A stretch of DNA of 64,000 nucleotides from Candidatus Gastranaerophilales bacterium (GTDB lineage Bacteria > Cyanobacteriota > Vampirovibrionia > Gastranaerophilales > Gastranaerophilaceae), in the NCBI GenBank assembly GCA_947625495.1, contig CANQOQ010000002.1, positions 122,306 to 186,305 of the forward strand, in the 5' to 3' direction. The position numbers and the translations under genes were made by a program. The notes under the pieces are model-generated. The model searched no databases. It saw only the letters and a program-made list of their open reading frames with translations, and was not told where the DNA came from. Shown here one piece after another: positions 62,246-64,000 of this stretch; the stretch's first letter is position 1; each line of letters opens with the position of its first letter.

Positions 62246-62769
62246 ATTCTGTCCGTATGAATTTTATAAACCCATTTTAAAAATTCTGCACGGTTTTTAA
62301 TTAATTCTTCATAATCACTTGCTGCTATATCAAAATACATTGTGCCTCCGTGATTAAAAATAAATTCATTAATAATATCATTATCTTTTTTACTTTGTTG
62401 TAACCATAGATTTTGACTGTCTTTAATGAGTTTATATTGTTCTTTTGTTGTTGATTGCTCCAATAATTTTATATATTTGTCTATTTCTTTTTCCCATTCT
62501 TTTGTTGCGTAATATATGCAATTTCTTGAATCTGCTGCATTATCAGTTTTATATATACAGCTTTGTTCGTTTATATCAATAGGATTGTCGAAATTTGTGA
62601 GTTTGTTATTTAATTCATTAATCAGTTTAACTTCTGCCTTTAATTTTTTATTTTCTGCTATTAAATTTGTATATTTTTTATCATCAATTGATTTTTTAAC
62701 AAAAAAACCTAGAGCAAAAGATGATAATAATAACAATAATGAAATTAATACAATAATAAGCTTTTTCAT
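62230..62769 (-). CDS. secreted DUF1311/LprI-like protein (candidate muramidase immunity 2)
   Basis: Signal/anchor MKKLIIVLISLLLLLSSFALGFF. C....(11)..C.....KEWEKEIDKY...L........L..SQ..W......GGTM......RAEFL fits PF07007 well. Confidence 0.75.
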   Translation of the reverse strand: MKKLIIVLISLLLLLSSFALGFFVKKSIDDKKYTNLIAENKKLKAEVKLINELNNKLTNFDNPIDINEQSCIYKTDNAADSRNCIYYATKEWEKEIDKYIKLLEQSTTKEQYKLIKDSQNLWLQQSKKDNDIINEFIFNHGGTMYFDIAASDYEELIKNRAEFLKWVYKIHTDRIPDNS

Positions 62770-62841
62770 AAGATAATTATAGTAATTCAATTTTAAAAAA
62801 ACAATAGACAGCAGCTTGTAGTTTTAATACAACATAATAAT
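62770..62841. repeat. conserved upstream (promoter) module, copy 2
   Basis: See 61139-61210. Confidence 0.8.
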
Positions 62842-62936
62842 AAAAAAATGTCATAAAAATTAGTACAAGCAGGTCGGGAATTACAAGAGCAAGAACAAAT
62901 AGAACCGTATTTTATAGTGTATTATGTTATAATACA

Positions 62937-63233
62937 TTGTCAATTATTGTGCCATTGCCATACGTAATACAATTTTATTCATTTAACGAAGTTGATATAA
63001 AAGATAATATACTTGAGATGTTTTTGCAATTAAGCATACCTACAATTATTGCAGCAATAATAAAAATAATGATTGAATTTCAAAAAGATGAAAATAAAAT
63101 AAAAAAATTAAATATTGTCAGGAAAATACTCAATATAATATCAGCAATTTATTTATTACTTTATGAACTCTTTCTTATATTTGTAATTATTGTAGTAAAG
63201 AGTATGGGGAATGCAGGTCCTTGGCAGAATTAA
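62937..63233 (+). CDS. possible small two-TM membrane protein
   Basis: TTG start directly after TGtTATAAT (62925-62933), with an alternative ATG at 63018. Two hydrophobic helices. Weak coding evidence. Confidence 0.3.
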   Translation: MSIIVPLPYVIQFYSFNEVDIKDNILEMFLQLSIPTIIAAIIKIMIEFQKDENKIKKLNIVRKILNIISAIYLLLYELFLIFVIIVVKSMGNAGPWQN

Positions 63234-63334
63234 TAATTCAAGTATTAAAAAATTAAATATAAAGTTTTAAATGGATTAATTGATAGAATGGCAAAAGAGA
63301 AAAAGTTATTTCTTACACCTGACGGAGAATAAAA

Positions 63335-63850
63335 TCACTTTATATCTTTTTCATATTTGCATAAAGCACTATAATATATTTCTCCATTAACAAACCCTGA
63401 ATAATCGGGACAAACTCCATAATCATTTATTTTGTCAGTCAATAATTTACCGTTTCTATCGTATTGTTTTATATGTATAAGACATAAAACATTTACATTA
63501 CAGTACGCTTCATATTTTATTAATTCATAATTTACCGAAACACCATCAACATCATATAAGGGATTTTCGACTGAATTAAATATTTTAAACCAACCCAGTA
63601 TTGAATACTTATTTTTAGTTATGGATTTTTTATCCAAATAAATATCTTTTGTTAATTGTAACCATTTCTCATCATTAGAAAGTTTGTAATTTGTTTCTGC
63701 TAAATGATTTATTTTGTCTTGTAAATATTTTCTTTCTGCATTCCAATCACTAATTTTCTCATCATCAACCGACTTTTTTACAAAAAAACCTAAAGTAAAA
63801 GACGATAATAATAACAATAATGATATTAATACAATAATAAGTTTTTTCAT
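63335..63850 (-). CDS. secreted protein, possibly Adhesin_E-like beta domain
   Basis: The N-terminal 30 aa are nearly identical to those of the 62230-62769 gene. C-terminal GWFKI....Y.....Y.C.....(L)......Y...GK........C pattern recalls surface-adhesin protein E-like domains (from memory). Confidence 0.5.
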   Translation of the reverse strand: MKKLIIVLISLLLLLSSFTLGFFVKKSVDDEKISDWNAERKYLQDKINHLAETNYKLSNDEKWLQLTKDIYLDKKSITKNKYSILGWFKIFNSVENPLYDVDGVSVNYELIKYEAYCNVNVLCLIHIKQYDRNGKLLTDKINDYGVCPDYSGFVNGEIYYSALCKYEKDIK

Positions 63851-63978
63851 AATGTAATTATAATAATTAATAAATACAATGACAATAGTTCAGTATATAG
63901 TTTGATTTGGGTTAGCGTAATTTAACAACAATAAAAAAGTAAGTTATTTCTTACACCGGATGATTAATAAAAACAATT

Positions 63979-64000
63979 CTAGTTTTTCTCATATTTACAT
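63979..64000 (-). CDS. 3' end of a further paralog of the 63335-63850 gene (runs off the window)
   Basis: Reverse translation gives ...CKYEKN-stop versus ...CKYEKDIK-stop. The shared 3' flank aagttatttcttacacc lies at 63941 and 63303. Confidence 0.3.

Noticed and set aside
59271-64000. Prophage lysis cassette as the whole explanation for the GH108 genes.
   Set aside because: No phage structural, terminase, integrase or spanin genes are visible in the window. The muramidases are duplicated with swapped catalytic domains, and each faces an LprI-like periplasmic protein. The idea is not fully excluded because the island continues beyond the window.

Overview
AT-rich (about 30% G+C by eye), gene-dense bacterial chromosomal window from a diderm-type organism, judged from a TolC/MacAB-like efflux operon, RseP, LysM and a dcw cluster. 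Cyanobacteria-like touches include dnaN without dnaA, a GCS2-type gshA plus gshB, and a PBS-lyase-like HEAT protein. These suggest a non-photosynthetic cyanobacterial relative such as Melainabacteria/Vampirovibrionia, but that is a guess from gene content only. Most of the window is housekeeping: dnaN-thrB-pgk, rsmD, NIF3, coaBC, gmk, a four-gene TolC/MFP/ABC efflux operon, dnaK and nanE plus a ROK kinase. Next comes one long minus-strand gene string (rseP-gshB-gshA-response regulator-histidine kinase-tadA). The remainder is purB, leuA, a GH13 enzyme and malQ, queD, uppP, PNP, mutS2, hup, lysS, der, plsY, malic enzyme, and murF-mraY-murD-ftsW-murG-folC. I recognised no rRNA, tRNA, CRISPR array, transposase or integrase. 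Three regions are not ordinary. (1) 35993-38509 is a two-gene insertion between the GH13 gene and malQ. It encodes a 675-aa protein with an EF-hand loop, a long Gly/Ala-rich glycine-zipper region and a C-terminal RelA/SpoT-like (toxSAS/Tas1-like) nucleotidyl-pyrophosphokinase domain, followed by a small candidate immunity gene. (2) 59271-64000 is a mosaic accessory island. It holds two GH108-type muramidases sharing a near-identical leader plus 75-aa N-terminal module with no signal peptide. Each is convergently paired with a signal-peptide-bearing DUF1311/LprI-like (lysozyme-inhibitor family) protein, alongside further paralogous secreted proteins built from reused promoter and signal-peptide modules. 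(3) 16736-17250 is a roughly 50% G+C, strongly pyrimidine-skewed, hairpin-rich non-coding island. It contains two ~113-nt direct repeats and begins at the dnaK stop codon. All functional calls rest on motif recognition by eye; no database search was possible.
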